From positions 11,160,001-11,224,000 of the forward strand of contig JAWMAR010000007.1 in NCBI GenBank assembly GCA_036785375.1: a DNA stretch of 64,000 nt. Direction: 5' to 3'. The notes under the pieces are model-generated. The model was not told the DNA's origin, did no database searches, and saw only the letters and a list, made by a program, of their open reading frames with translations. The stretch comes from Leucoraja ocellata. Taxonomy: Eukaryota. Position 1 is the first letter of the stretch. Each line of letters begins with the position of its first letter. Positions 26,701-38,202 of this stretch are shown here, piece after piece. The translations under genes and the position numbers were made by a program.

Positions 26701-29700
26701 GGCCAGATGTGGCAATGACATCACCCCATTCCACAGTGACTGGACATCATGGTCAAGGCAGAAATGAGGAGTATGAGTGAAGATGGTTATCAAAAACTAC
26801 AGCAGGATCGTGATCAGCGGGGCAAGTGGGTTGAGGGTTGGTTAATAGATTTAAATTCAGTTTAGTGCAACGTGATGTATTTTAGACAGTCAAACCAGGG
26901 CATGATCTCCCAGTGATGTAGCCAACAAGTCCGCAGCTTGAACAATTGCCAGCCATGCCAGTAACATTGGAATCACAGGAAGCAGGAAGGAAGACAAATT
27001 GTTTGTTTGCAGCACAATCATTCCTCACCTGATGCTGTGATTCGCCCATGTGGGCATTCATACTGTGCTCCTGCTTGCCCCGTGAGCTCAACACGACAGT
27101 AGAGGGTCTTGATTGTATCCGTCGTTCTCAGCTGATTAATGATTATGGAAGCATTGTTCTTCCGAGGGTCCCCCATTGGTCTGTAGCGAGCTCCTACATT
27201 ATACACAATCTTATTTTTATACTTGCCGCTCGATAGATCATTTTTGTATTTGAAAAGGGTATTCTGGGTCTTCTCCTTCTCCTCTTTCCAGATGATGTTG
27301 ATGTTGCCTTTGTATTCATGGTGAGGGTGAGTGAACTTGCAGTACAGAACCACGAGCTTCCCCTCCCTCCCCATCACCTTGTCCGGTGTCTCCATGGACC
27401 AACCTTTGCTATTGCAGCCTGTGAAGACACAGAGATGTAACGTTAAGACTGAACTGAGGGCCACAGTCACTGTCGGAGGATGCGCCCACCCTGGGTCCCT
27501 GCCCTTGTGGAAGACAGTTGAACTGCGATGCTGCTGTTCTGTTTGTCACCGTCACTATGTGGTGAGCTGTGAGAAATGGGGAGGTGGGACTGTGACACTA
27601 ACAGTGGTTTTCCTCCTCCGGGCTGTGCCGGCTCTTCACTAGAGCCACATCTCTCACAGCTATAAGCTGCTGTCCGGGAGAAACCTTGCATTTACATCAC
27701 TTCCCTCACAGACAGGGGGTGGTCCACAGAGCTTCACAGGTTTGAAGTGTTGGCGGTGAAGTAGCGTTGGGAATGCCACAGGCAAGTAGTGCACAGCAAG
27801 ATCCCACCAAGGAAGTACCTGACCGCTAATCGAGGATGTACACAGCTGGCACAGTGGAGCAGCTAGTGGAGCTGCTAACTCACAACTCTAGGGACTCAGA
27901 GTTTAATCCTGACCTCAGATGCTGTGTACAGTTTGCACTTTCCATCTATAACTGCATGGGTTTCTCTTCCTTAGTTTGTTTCCCACATCTCAAAGATAGA
28001 AACATAGAGACATAGAAAATAGGTGCAGGAGGAGGCCATTTGGCCCTTCGAGCCAGCACCGCCATTCATTGTGATCATGGCTGATCGTCCCCAATCAATA
28101 ACCCGTGCGAGCCTTCTCCCCATATCCCTTGACCCCACTAGCCCCTGGAGCTCTATCTAACTCTCACTTAAATCCATCCAGTAATTTGGCCTCCACTGCC
28201 CTCTGTGGCAGGGAATTCCACAAATTCACAACTCTTTGGGTGAAAAGATTTTTTCTCACCTCAGACCTTAAATGGCCTCCCCTTTATTCTAAGACTGTGG
28301 CCCCTGGTTCTGGACACGCCCAACATTGGGAACAATTTTCCTGCATCTAGCTTGTTCAGTCCTTTTATAATTTTATATGTTTCTATAAGATCCCCCTCAT
28401 CCTTCTAAACTCCAGTCTAGTCTTTTCAATCTATCCTCATATGACAGTCCCACCATCCCAGGGATCAATCTCGTGAACCTATGCTGCACTGCCTCAATCA
28501 CAAGAACGTCCTTCCTCAAATTAGGAGACCAAAACTGTACACAATACTGCAGATGTGGTCTTACCAGGGCCCTCTACAACTGCAGAAGAACCTATTTACT
28601 CCGATACTGAAATCCTCTTGTTATGAAGCCTAACATTCCATTAGCTTTCTTCACTGCCTGCTGTACCTGTAAGCCAACTTTCAGTGACTGGTGTACAAGG
28701 CCACCCAGGTCTTGCTGCACCTCCCCCTTACATAACCTAACCCAATTGAGATAATAATCTACCCCCTTGTTTTTGCCGCCAAAGTGGATAACCTCACATT
28801 TATCTATATTACACTGCATCTGCCACTCATCTGCCCACTCACTCAACCTGTCCAGGTCACCCTGCAACCTCCTAACATCATCTTCACAGTTCACACTGCC
28901 ACCCAGCTTTGTTTCATCTGCAAGCTTGCTAGTGTAGCTCCTAATTCCCCCTTCCAAATCATTAATATATATGGTAAATAGTTGCGGCCCCAACACCAAG
29001 CCTTGCGGCACTCCACTCGCCACTGCCTGCCATTCTGAAAAGGACCCGTTCACTCCTACTCTTTGCTTCCTGTTTACCAATCAATTTTCTATTCATGTCA
29101 ACACCCTACCCCCAATACCATGTGCTCTAATTTTAGTAACCAGTGTCCCATGCGGGACCTTATCAAAGGCTATCTGAAAGTCTAGACACACTGCATCCAC
29201 TGGCTCCCCTTCATCCATTTTACTTGTCACATCCTCAAAAAATTCCAGAAGATTAGTCAAGCATGATTTCCTTTTCATAAATCCATGTTGACTTGGACTA
29301 ATCCTTTTACTGCTATCCAAATGCCCCATTATTACCTCTTTAATAATTGACTCCAGCATCTTTCTCACCACCGAAGTCAGGCTAACTGGTCTGCAATTCC
29401 CTGTTTTCTCTCTTGCTTCTTTCTTGAAAAATGGGATAACATTAGCAATCCTCCAATCCACAGGAACTGATCCTGAATCTATTGAACATTGGAAAATGAT
29501 CACCAATGCGTCCACTATTTTTAGAGCCACCTCCCTGAGGACCCTGGGATGCAGACCATCAGGCCCAGGGGATTTATCAACCTTCAGTCCCATTAGCCTA
29601 CCCAATACTATTTCTAACCTAATAAAATGTTCTTTCAGTTCCTTTACCCCCTTAGATCCTCTGTCCTCCAGTACATCTGGGAGATTGTTGGTGTCTTCCT

Positions 29701-31842
29701 TAGTGAAGACAGATCCGAAGAACCAACTTTTCTGCCATTTCCTTGTCCCCATTATAATTTTACCCGTGTCTGCATTCAAGGGTAAATTTGACTTTGCTAC
29801 TCTTTTTCCCATAACATATCTAAAGAAGCTTTTACTGTCCTTCCTTATATTCCTGGCCAGCTGCCCCTCATACTTCATCTTTTCAGCCCGTATTGCCCGT
29901 TTTGTTTCCATCTGTTGTCCTATGAAAGTTTCCCAATCCTCTGGCTTCCAACTACGCTTTGCTGTGTTATACATATTTTCGTTTAGTTTTATTCTATCCC
30001 AAACTTCTCTTGTCACCCACGGTTGCCTCCTACTTAGAATCTTTCTTCCTTTTTGGAATGAAATGATCCTGCATCTTCCGGATTATGCGCAGAAATTCCT
30101 GCCATTCCTGGTCCATCGTCATTTCTGTTAGGATCCCTTTCCAGTCTACCTTGGCCTGCTCCTCTCTCATGCCTTCATAGTCCCCTTTGTTCAACTGCAT
30201 CACTGACACTTTAACCTTCTCCTTCTCAAATTGATGCGCATCGTTAATTAACAGACTTCTCTAAGTTGCCCTCAGTGTTTTTCGGTCAGTGGTAGAAACT
30301 GGGGCTGGGGAGCCATGGATTGATTTTTGAGCTGAATTACTGCTCAATTCTTGTGATATTCTAGTTGCTGTGCTAATCCACGAGAATTCTGGTTACTGCT
30401 CCAATGCTCAGGACATTTTAATTACTGCACTAATTTTCGTGACTTTCTCGTTTCTGCTCTAAATTCTAGGGGCATTGGACCAGTTCTGCAGCAGGAAAGA
30501 CCTCTCCAAGATCAATGGGTTGCACCTCAGCCACACTGGGACAGTGTCGTAGTAGGGAGATTTATTGGTGCACGAAGAAGTGTTTGAGCCAAACAGACAA
30601 AGTAATGGATCAGTATCTATTACTAGCGTGTGGCAAGAGAAAAGAGAAATAAGGTGCACCAAGATTGGGAGTGGCAGATAGTACGAAAATAGTAAATATG
30701 TGAGTGAGCCTGGTTATTCATAGGTAGAAATATCTATATGGAAAAATGATGCAGAGTTGGGGCAGAACCAGACATTTAATGGTTCTGGCTACAAGGTGTT
30801 GATAATGGAGAGGGAAGGGACATTTTAGATGGGCCGGTAATACTGATTGAGGAAAATTAGTATTGGTTTATTATTTTCATGTATACTGAGATAGGCGAAA
30901 ACTTATTTTGTGTGTTATCCGGCTAAATCGTACCATTCATGATTACAGCACTTAGTGCATTAGAGAAAACAAATAGAGTAAAGAATATAGCGTTGCACCT
31001 ACAGAGGAAGTGTCGTTTAATAAAAATGTTTGTGGCCACAACAAGGTATATTGGAAGATTGGGGATTCATTTTTCGCATATGAGATGTTATTTTGAGAAA
31101 GGTATTATCCCAGGTGCAGGTGTTCACTGTACCTCAATACATGTGACAATAATAAACCAAAACAAATTTGATTAGGATCAGAATCAACAATGAGCGCAAA
31201 GACATTCAGAGCAACACAGGAAGCCATTCGGCTCTTCAAGCCTGGTCAACAGTCAATATGATTATGGCTCTTAATTGCTAATCAATACAGAATTGAACTT
31301 TGTCCCCATTCCCCTTGATTTCTTTAGCCTGGGAATATATTCAGCTCCTTGCTGAAGACAAGAGGTGGCTTGGCTTGAACTACTTTCAATTTGATAATTC
31401 TATAGGTGCATTATTCTCAGTGAAGATATTTCTCACCATCTTCACTTTTAAACTATGCCAAGGACACAACGCCCTTCACCCACTCTCAAGGGCTAATATC
31501 TTCATCCAGAAGTGTGGGGTCGACAACTAAACACAATCTCCCCAGCTGCTCTGACTCCAGCCTTATAATCTCAAACCGATCATTTACTGTATTGTAAAAT
31601 GTTTGTATTAAAGGTCTTCACACACATACATATTCCCTTTCTGGAAGACTGCCTGTCACCTTAAGTACAGCATCAAAAGACTGACCCTGCTCTGTTTCCA
31701 CGGACACACATGTCTATCTCATATAGTTAATCATTTCACTCACAGTGAAACAGCCAGAAAAGCAACTTCTGCTCCTTATTAAAGGATACTTACGATTAGC
31801 GGTGACAGGCAGTGCAAAGGCACAAAGCAAAATGAACAGCAT
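2703..31842 (-). CDS. Siglec-15-like Ig-superfamily receptor, multi-exon, 3'-incomplete. Predicted exons: 31794-31842, 27029-27418, 20417-20779, 17238-17612, 13206-13277, 11804-11920, 8088-8147, 7452-7526, 5169-5246, 3935-4012, 2703-2780
   Basis: All listed exons have GT donors, and internal exons have AG acceptors, phase 1/1 and lengths divisible by 3. Joined they give ~1735 nt (~578 aa) open. V1 (WSM..P..V...EG...L.C.FTHPH..Y.G....IW...RYR..GDPRKNNASI.I..L...D....YCRVEL.G....YE..HG) and the fused C2+TM exon match the Siglec-15 pattern as I recall it. Orthology is not established. Confidence 0.8.
3935..4012 (-). CDS. Cytoplasmic exon, copy B: DPQESQNNNLYSNLPIQRPPCKEEET
   Basis: Same splice sites, 78 nt, open. 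Confidence 0.7.
5169..5246 (-). CDS. Cytoplasmic exon, copy C: DPQEYQNNTLYGTVHIQRPPCKEEET (ITSM)
   Basis: Same splice sites, 78 nt, open. Confidence 0.7.
5475..6513 (+). mobile_element. Non-autonomous DNA transposon (MITE), copy 1, 7-bp TSD CTCTATG
   Basis: Ends TAGGTATGTTGCAAAA / TTTTGTAACATTGCTA. Absent from sister tandem units, which show the empty site. Confidence 0.92.
7452..7526 (-). CDS. Cytoplasmic exon, copy D: DPQESQNNTLYSNLHIQRPPCKEET
   Basis: Same splice sites, 75 nt (in-frame 3-nt deletion), open. Confidence 0.72.
8088..8147 (-). CDS. ITIM exon DALIYSIVHIQSRSRVGVEI via an internal acceptor; original acceptor stranded at 8715-8716 by the L2 insertion
   Basis: actctccag|ATGCCCTCATTTACAGCATTGTT...ATAG|gtaagg, 60 nt, phase 1/1; paralogous to the repeated exon (Y..VHIQ). 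Confidence 0.6.
8156..8712 (-). mobile_element. 5'-truncated L2-clade LINE with (TTA)n tail
   Basis: REHITPILASLHWLPV.FR...KI..FVFK.LNGLAP.YL...GDRAFSVAAP.LWN.LP..IR......FKS.LKTH.Y..AF. Confidence 0.9.
9476..10032 (+). mobile_element. CR1 LINE 3' fragment
   Basis: MRGDLIETYKILKGLD...RTRGHSL...FFTQRVVNLWNSLP followed by the CR1 3' UTR. Confidence 0.9.
11804..11920 (-). CDS. Cytoplasmic exon GSQEPEGDPIYSVVNLNTETRNRAATQAVPTPRELDRNV (ITIM-like PIYSVV)
   Basis: ttttttgtgtctttggcag|GT...GTTG|gtgagt, 117 nt, phase 1/1. Confidence 0.8.
13206..13277 (-). CDS. First cytoplasmic exon CSQQRVCCVDARMANGRKPQGPEP
   Basis: ctttcctttgtctttgacag|GT...CCAG|gtaata, 72 nt, phase 1/1; acceptor region resembles that of 11920. 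Confidence 0.7.
13820..14275 (+). mobile_element. GC-rich non-coding interspersed repeat (related 3' tails at ~10380-10560, ~33060-33945, ~48540-52075)
   Basis: Shared tail ttgccttcca(t/c)cacagtga...tggatg...tgacaataaa. Confidence 0.55.
14382..14712. repeat. Minisatellite, 20-bp unit TGTGTCCCAGTGGGCCTCCC, ~16 copies
   Basis: Directly visible; explains the repetitive ORFs in several frames. Confidence 0.97.
15365..15610 (+). mobile_element. tRNA-derived SINE (related copies at ~11318-11690, ~27848-27990, ~39690-39980 minus, ~63560-63820 minus)
   Basis: A-box-like tggcacagcggt and B-box-like ggtttgatcct, with CR1-like tail gggccaaaggacctgtttccatgctgtatct. Confidence 0.7.
17238..17612 (-). CDS. 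C2-set Ig domain + transmembrane exon (VPATILEL...LVCRAEGKPPANITW...GNYTCVAVNEH...LWLELYIGLPILAVVLLVMVFALMSLKK)
   Basis: cttccttctccaag|TC...AAAT|gtgagt, 375 nt; C-W-C Ig core then a hydrophobic helix ending in KK. Confidence 0.92.
17884..18128 (-). pseudogene. Truncated V-domain exon copy (N-terminal half only)
   Basis: Good acceptor, then DGKKNTSMVIGKRRDSATLPCCFSP...VRWMKGNP...VFNHT. Homology then stops: no F-strand Cys, no phase-1 donor, and a stop at 17884. Flanking introns match those of 20417-20779. Confidence 0.75.
18357..19019. mobile_element. PIF/Harbinger-type MITE, TTA TSD
   Basis: TIRs AGGGCCTGTCCAACTTATGCGATT / AATCACCTAAGTGGGACAAGCCCT flanked by TTA on both sides; interior rich in gtcgtagg motifs. 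Confidence 0.85.
20417..20779 (-). CDS. Intact second V-set Ig exon (YFCHV)
   Basis: ctctctgcaag|GT...GTGG|gtaagg, 363 nt; ATLPC, W, RYELVGN..QGNASI, D...YFC motifs. Confidence 0.88.
21095..22030 (-). mobile_element. CR1 LINE RT/3' fragment
   Basis: VPQGSVLGPLLFTLYINDL, LVRPHLEYC, VQRRFTRMIPG motifs with frameshifts. Confidence 0.9.
22305..22513. repeat. ~210-bp imperfect inverted repeat (hairpin)
   Basis: aggagaactgagtcagtatcgcagatg pairs with catctgcaatactgactcagttctcct; ttctgatacaaacag pairs with ctgtttgtatcagaa. Confidence 0.85.
23290..23373 (-). pseudogene. Decayed 5' part of a C2 exon copy
   Basis: TCAGCCACCATCTTGGAG (SATILE) matches CCAGCCACCATCCTGGAG (PATILE) of the 17612 exon, then deletion/frameshift; lies ~190 bp after the 23564 V exon. 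Confidence 0.6.
23564..23935 (-). pseudogene. Full-length but disabled V-domain exon (YFCHV type)
   Basis: SMVIGKRGGGATLNCNF...ILWMKGTPW...KHTRS*ATSG...RYELVGNVDNGDASI...YFCHV...LQVF|gtaagg. In-frame TAG at 23772-23774; no AG at the homologous acceptor position. Confidence 0.85.
27029..27418 (-). CDS. N-terminal Siglec-15-like V-set exon with conserved Arg (YCRVE)
   Basis: gtgtcttcacag|GC...TCAG|gtgagg, 390 nt, open. Confidence 0.92.
27995..30230 (-). mobile_element. CR1 LINE, 5'-truncated, degenerate ORF2
   Basis: KSPGPDGLHPRVLRE, QHGFMKRKSCLTNL, AFDKVPH, VPQGLVLGP motifs; (tttctatg)-type tail. Confidence 0.92.
31794..31842 (-). CDS. Signal-peptide exon MLFILLCAFALPVTAN
   Basis: ATG, hydrophobic core, phase-1 donor C|gtaagt that is in frame with the V1 exon. 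Confidence 0.7.
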
Positions 31843-32574
31843 TCTCTTCTCTCGTTGAGCTTTCAAATGCCGTAAGTCTATCCACTGGACGAGTAGAACC
31901 GAGACTCCTACAGTTTTCTGTAGTTTTCTGAATTTTACATTTAACATAGAGTGTAAAAGGGTGCAAGAGACTTTGCAAGAATTGTCATACAGCTTCAAAT
32001 GGAGAAGTCAATTTTGACACTTTGCATTTCCATCAACCAGTCCTTGTCCAGCAGAATCTGAGTGGAACTGACAGCAGCAACAAGGGCTTCACCCTCTGGC
32101 TGCTGTCGATGGTACGCCAGCAATATTTCAAGTCCACACCGCACTTTTATCTTGATTAGAAAGAGCTTGCAAAATTCTCAGAAAGTTGACCAGGAAGTAA
32201 GAAGCAAGATTGTTCCTTGTTTATAACTTGAAGCAAAATATGAAAAGGATTGCAAAATGCATTTGTGCTGGGTGATGATGAAATTATATGTTATCAAGTT
32301 TTTTTAATAATTTTATAGCTTTGATTATGCCATGGATAAATTTGTCACAAATGTAAGAAACCATACCTGATAGTAATCAGGTTCTTGTTAATTACAGTTG
32401 TACCTCATTTAACCAAATATTTGACATGCAGAAAAACAAATTGCAGGAGGTCCTCAATGCATTAGGTTGCATCTGTGGAGGCAGAGTAATGGTTGACGTT
32501 TCAGGTCAAGACCCTGCATCATCCCTCAATGCATCACCAAATATTTGATATGTGATACCGTGCATAATTCTTAA

Positions 32575-35500
32575 CGAATGGATGAATGAATGAATGTATG
32601 ATTGAATGCATGGATGCATGCATGAATAAGTTTATTGGCCAAGTATCCACAAACAAGGAATTTGTGATCCGCCCACATGTGACAACATGACATACAGTGA
32701 CAGTTACGAATGATACATAAACCACTAAACATTAATAATAAAACACATTGATCAAACATGTGAATTTAATAAAATACCAGAGCTGAAGGAGGCTACAGAT
32801 TGTTGGCTGTTGAGTAGAGCTAATAGTCATGGAAAAAAAGCTGTTTTTATGTCTGGCTGTGGCAGCTTTGTCAGTCCGGAGTCGCCTTCCAGAGGGACAT
32901 GATTCAAAGAGTTTGTGGCCAGGGTGAGAGGGGTCAGAGATGATCTTATCCGCTCGCTTCTTAGCCTCTGCAGTGTACAGTTTGTCAATGGAGGGACGGT
33001 TGCAGCCAATAACCTTCTTAACTGATCGGATGATTCTCTGCAACCTCCGGATTTTTTTCAACTTTTGTTTTTTTAGTATCTTTTAATGTATGTTTTTAAT
33101 GTTCCTCTATGCATTTTGTGTGTGTGTGGGGGGGGGGGGGGGGGTGTAAGGGGGAAACCGCTTCGGCCACCTCCTCCACAGAGGCGACTTTTTCCAGGTC
33201 ACCTCCCCCGTGGTCAAACAGCGAAGGTTGGGCGGCTTTTCCCAGAGACGCGCCCGGAGCTCAGCGGTGGGCGCAGCGCAGTCTCTCGGAGTGGAGCAGG
33301 GGCTCGCCTGAGGTGGAGCACTCCATTTCGCTGGTCCGCGGCAGCCGGCAGCCTGAAGCCCCGGTCTGCAGAGTTCCAGCTGGCGCGGCGTCTGCAGCCC
33401 GGGATCCCTCGTGGGGGACCCGGGGGTAGAAGAGCTCCAACTATGGGCCCGCGGCCAACTACTACCGCGGGCGCAGCGTGGACTTACTTACCATCAGGAG
33501 CGGGGTCCCAAGCCGGGGAAACCTGTAGGGGAGCTCCAGATCGCTGGCCCTGCGGTCTGTGGTGCTTCTGGCTGCGGCGTGGCGGGAACTTTAAATCTTC
33601 GACTGCCGGCCTGCGGTCTACATCATCTTGAAGCCGCGGTCTCCGGTAGGGTTGCACCGATTCACGACTTACCTGGACTTTTTTATCTTGTCTGTACATC
33701 TGGACGCCCGCAGCGACGGCTGCGGAGGGTTGAGGACCCGACCACAGGAGAAAATGGAGGAGGATTGGACAATCTTTGTGCCTTCCACTCAAGTGATGAA
33801 TGCTGTGGTGCATGTTTGTGTTACATTTCTATTGTGTATTTGTGTGTTCTTTATCATTGTACCGCTGCTGGCAAATTCATTTCACTTGCACTTTATGAGC
33901 AATGTGACGTATAAAACCGTATTGTATTGTATTGTACAGTATTGTATTGTCGTGCTTGGTAGCTGAGCTAAACCAGACCATGTTGGAGAAGGTGAGGACA
34001 GACTCTACGATCGCCGTATAGATTTGGACCATCATTGCCTGTGGCACATTGTGCTTCCTCAGCTGCCGTTGGAAATACCTGTTACACCTTAACAGGTGTG
34101 GGACAGAAGGTGGGAGACAGTGAGAAAGGGAGGGAAGCATGGAATGCCAATGTCCCTGGGTGGTGTACCTCTTGTAAACAGGTTCATCCGCTTAGAAGCT
34201 GTTGGGACAGAAGACGTGAGCGGCGGACTGGCTTGCGATGCGAATAGGGCTGTTGAGCCAAAACCAAAAAGGCCTAAGGCAGGCAAGGCCATTGTAGTCG
34301 GAGACTCCATCGTGAGAGGTACGGACAGGGGTTTCTGCGGCAACAGACGGGATGCGAGAATGGTGTGCTGCCTTCCCGGTGCCAGGATCCAGGATGTCAC
34401 GGACAGAGTGCAGAAAATCCTCAAGGGCGAAGGTGAACATCCGGAAGTGGTAGTGCATGTCAGCACAAACGATGTCGGAAAGAAGGGGATGAATATTCTG
34501 CAGCGTGACTTTAGAGAGCTTGGAAAAATGTTGAAAAGCAGGACCTCCAGGGTTGTTATCTTCGGTTTGCTTCCACTTCCCCGTGCTGGCGAGAGCAGGA
34601 ACAGGGAGATACGGGACCTGAACGTGTGGCTGAGGAACTGTTGCACGGGGCAGGGATTTAGATTCTTAGATCATTGGGATCTGTTTTGGGGTAAGGGGGA
34701 ACTGTACAAAAGGGACGGATTGCATCTTAACAGGTGTGGGACCAGCATTCTGGCAGGCAGGTTTGCCACTGCTACACGGGTGGCTTTAAACTGAATAAGG
34801 GGGGTGGGGTGTCGAATGGGATAGTGGAGGATGGAGTTAAAGGGAAAGGGTTTCTTAAATGTGTGAGCGTAGAGACCGAGGGGTGTAAAATGAGGGTAGA
34901 AGCAATAGGTAGCAAGGTGAAAAGTAAAAGTGGCAGGCAGACAAAACCCGGGCAAAAATCAAAAAGGGCCACTTTTCAACATAATTGTATAAGGGGTAAG
35001 AGTGTTGTAAAAACAAGCCTGAAGGCTTTGTGTCTCAATGCAAGGAGCATTCATAATAAGGTGGGTGAGTTGAATGTGCAGATAGCTATTAATGACTATG
35101 ATATAGTTGGGATCACGGAGACACAGCTCCAGGGTGACCAAGGCTGGGAGCTGAACATCCAGGGATATTCAATATTCAGGAGGGATAGACAGAAAGGAAA
35201 AGGAGGTGGGGTAGCGTTACTGATTAGAGAGGGGATTAATGCAATGGAAAGGAAGGACATTAGTTTGGAGAATGTGGAATCAGTATGGGTAGAGCTGCGA
35301 AACACTAAGGGGCAGAAAACGCTGGTGGGTGTTGTGTACAGGCCACCTAACAGTAGTAGTGAATTTGGAGATGGTATCAAACAGGAAATTAGAAATGCGT
35401 GCGACAAAGACAAAACAGTTATAATGGGTGACTTCAATCTACATATAGATTGGGTGAATCAAATTGGCAGGGGTGCTGAGGAACAGGATTTCTTGGAATG

Positions 35501-37850
35501 TATGCGGGATAGTTATCTAAATCAACATGTAGAGGAACCAACGAGAGAGCAGGCTATTTTAGATTGGGTATTGAGTAATGAGGAAGGGTTAGTTAGCAAT
35601 CTTGTTGTACGTGCCTCCTTGGGCAAGAGTGACCATAATATGGTTGAATTCTTCATTAGGATGGAGCGTGACATTGTTAATTCAGAAACAATGGTTCTGA
35701 ACTTAAAGAAAGGTAACTTTGAGGGTATGAGACGTGAATTGGCCAAGATTGACTGGCAATTAATTCTAAAAGGGTTGACGGTGGATATGCAATGGAAGAC
35801 ATTTAAAGACTGCATGGATGAACTACAAAAATTGTTCATCCCAGTTTGGCAAAAGAATAAATCAGGGAAGGTAGTACATCCGTGGATAACAAGGGAAATC
35901 AGGGATAGTATCAAAGCGAAGGATGATGCGTACAAATTAGCCAGAAAAAGCAGCATACCGGAGGAATGGGAGAAATTCAGGGACCAGCAGAGGAGGACAA
36001 AGGGCTTAATTAGGAAAGGAAAAATATATTATGAAAGAAAACTGGCAGGGAACATAAAAACTGACTGCAAAAGTTTTTATAGATATGTGAAAAGAAAGAG
36101 ATTAGTTAAAACAAATGTAGGTCCCTTGCAGTCAGAAACAGGTGAGTTGATCATGGGGAACAAGGATATGGCGGACCAATTGAATAACTACTTTGGTTCC
36201 GTCTTCACTAAGGAAGACATAAATAATTTGCCGGAAATAGCAGGGGACCGCGGGTCAGAGGAGTTGGAGGAATTGAGTGAAATCCAGGTTAGCCGGGAAG
36301 TGGTGTTGTGTAAATTGAATGGATTAAAGGCCGATAAATCCCCAGGGCCAGATAGGCTGCATCCCAGAGTACTTAAGGAAGTAGCTCCAGAAATAGTGGA
36401 TGCATTAGTAATAATCTTTCAAAACTCTTTAGATTCTGGAGTAGTTCCTGAAGATTGGCGGGTAACAAACGTAACCCCACTTTATAAGAATGGAGGGAGA
36501 GAGAAAATGGGGAATTACAGACCAGTTAGTCTAACATCGGTAGTGGGGAAACTGCTAGAGTCAGTTATTAAAGATGGGATAGCAGCACATTTGGAAAGTA
36601 GTGAAATCATTGGACAAAGTCAGCATGGATTTACGCAAGGTAAATCATGTCTGACGAATCTTATAGAATTTTTCGAGGATGTAACTAGTAGCATGGATAG
36701 GGGAGAACCAGTGGATGTGGTGTATCTGGACTTCCAGAAGGCTTTTGACAAGGTCCCACATAAGAGATTAGTATACAAAATTAAAGTACACGACATTGGG
36801 GGTTCAGTATTGATGTGGATAGAGAACTGGCTGGCAAACAGTACGGGATACTGAGTTGGATGATCAGCCATGATCATATTGAATGGCGGTGTAGGCTCGA
36901 GGGGCCGAATGGCCTACTCCTGCGCCTAATTTCTATGTTTCTATGTTTCTCTGTATCCTCTGTTGTGCTTTTTTGACTGTGGAGTCGATGGTAGCCCCCC
37001 ACTTAAGGTCCTTGGAGATGATGGTTCCCAGGAACTTAAAAGACTCCACAGATGTGACTGTGGTGTTGTTGATGGTGAGTGGGGTGAGGGGAGGGGGAAA
37101 CTCTCCTAAAGTCTACAATCAATTCCACTGCCTTAAGAGCATTGAGCTCCAGGTTGTTGCGTTGGCACCAGCACGCCAGCTGTGACACTTCCTGTCTGTA
37201 GGCAGATTCCTCCCCATCCTGGATCAGTCCAATCAGGGTTGCATTGTCCGCAAACTTGAGAAGCTTGACAGAGGTGTCTGTGGAGGTGCAGTTATTGGTG
37301 TAGAGAGAGTAGAGGAGAGGGGAGAGTGTGCAGCCTTGCCGTGCTCCTCTGCTGAGGGTCCGAGATGTGCTTTCCCAGACTCACATGCTGCTTCCTGTCT
37401 GTTAGAAAGTTGGTGATCCACCGACAGAGGGGTTCAGGTCACAGACAACTCGGAAAGTTTGGAGTGTAGTAGCTCTGGCACAATTAATCTAGGCTGTCTA
37501 GGTGCTGGAGGATGAAGTGCAGGCCTAGGCTGACTGTGTTACCCACTGTTCTATTGGCCCGATATAAAAACTGCAGAGGGTCCAGCAGGGGGTTTGTGAT
37601 ATTTTTCAGCTTGGCCAACACAACCCTTTCAAGGGTCTTCATGACTACAGAGGTCAGTGCGACAAGCCTGCAGTCATTAAGACCAGTAATCTTTGCCTTT
37701 TGGGTACAGGAACAATAGCAGAGACTTTGAAACAGGCAGGGTCAATACAGGTTTGCAGGGACTGGTTAAAAATGTTTGTGCCAGTTGTTCGGCACAGAGC
37801 TTGAGAGTAGAGGGGGAAACATTGTCCGGTCCTAAAGGACACATTCACAT
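32575..37850 (-). mobile_element. Rex1/Babar-like LINE broken into pieces (~32575-33050, ~33950-34075, ~36950-37850) by later insertions
   Basis: RRLQRIIRS..KVIG...DPSHPGHKLF...PSGRRLR; YTAIVESVLT; KFADNATLIG-type segment; (TTCA/TGCA)n tail. Confidence 0.75.
34076..36946 (+). mobile_element. CR1 LINE with esterase ORF1 (~34096-34794) and internally deleted ORF2 (to 36854)
   Basis: ORF1 GDSIVRG...DGLHLN (SGNH esterase). ORF2 has APE (LNARSI, GITET, GDFN, SDH) and RT up to AFDKVPH, then jumps to the terminal TGY* and 3' UTR. Confidence 0.95.
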
Positions 37851-38202
37851 CAGATCAATATTCCCTTTGCAGGGATTTTCACAGTCACCCCACCACTAGA
37901 AATGTCTGAATTTCACATTTTATTGTCGAGGTTTATTGTCACATATGCGTCGGTTATAGTGAGGTACGAATACAATGAAAATCTTGCTTGCAGCAGCATG
38001 AGAGGGGGCCAAAAGTGACGGTCGTAGGTGGTGGTGTTCTCTCGGAAATTGCAGCACAGAAGGCCAAAAGCGGTCAAGAACAGAGATTTAGTAAGTTACA
38101 CAGAAAAGCTGGAGAAACTCAGCGGGTGCAGCAGCATCTATGGAGCGAAGGAAATAGGCAACGTTTCGGGCCGAAACCCTTCTTCAGATTTAGTAATATG
38201 GA

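Noticed and set aside
2703-31842. Assigning the symbol SIGLEC15
   Set aside because: Architecture differs from Siglec-15, and orthology cannot be shown without phylogeny or synteny
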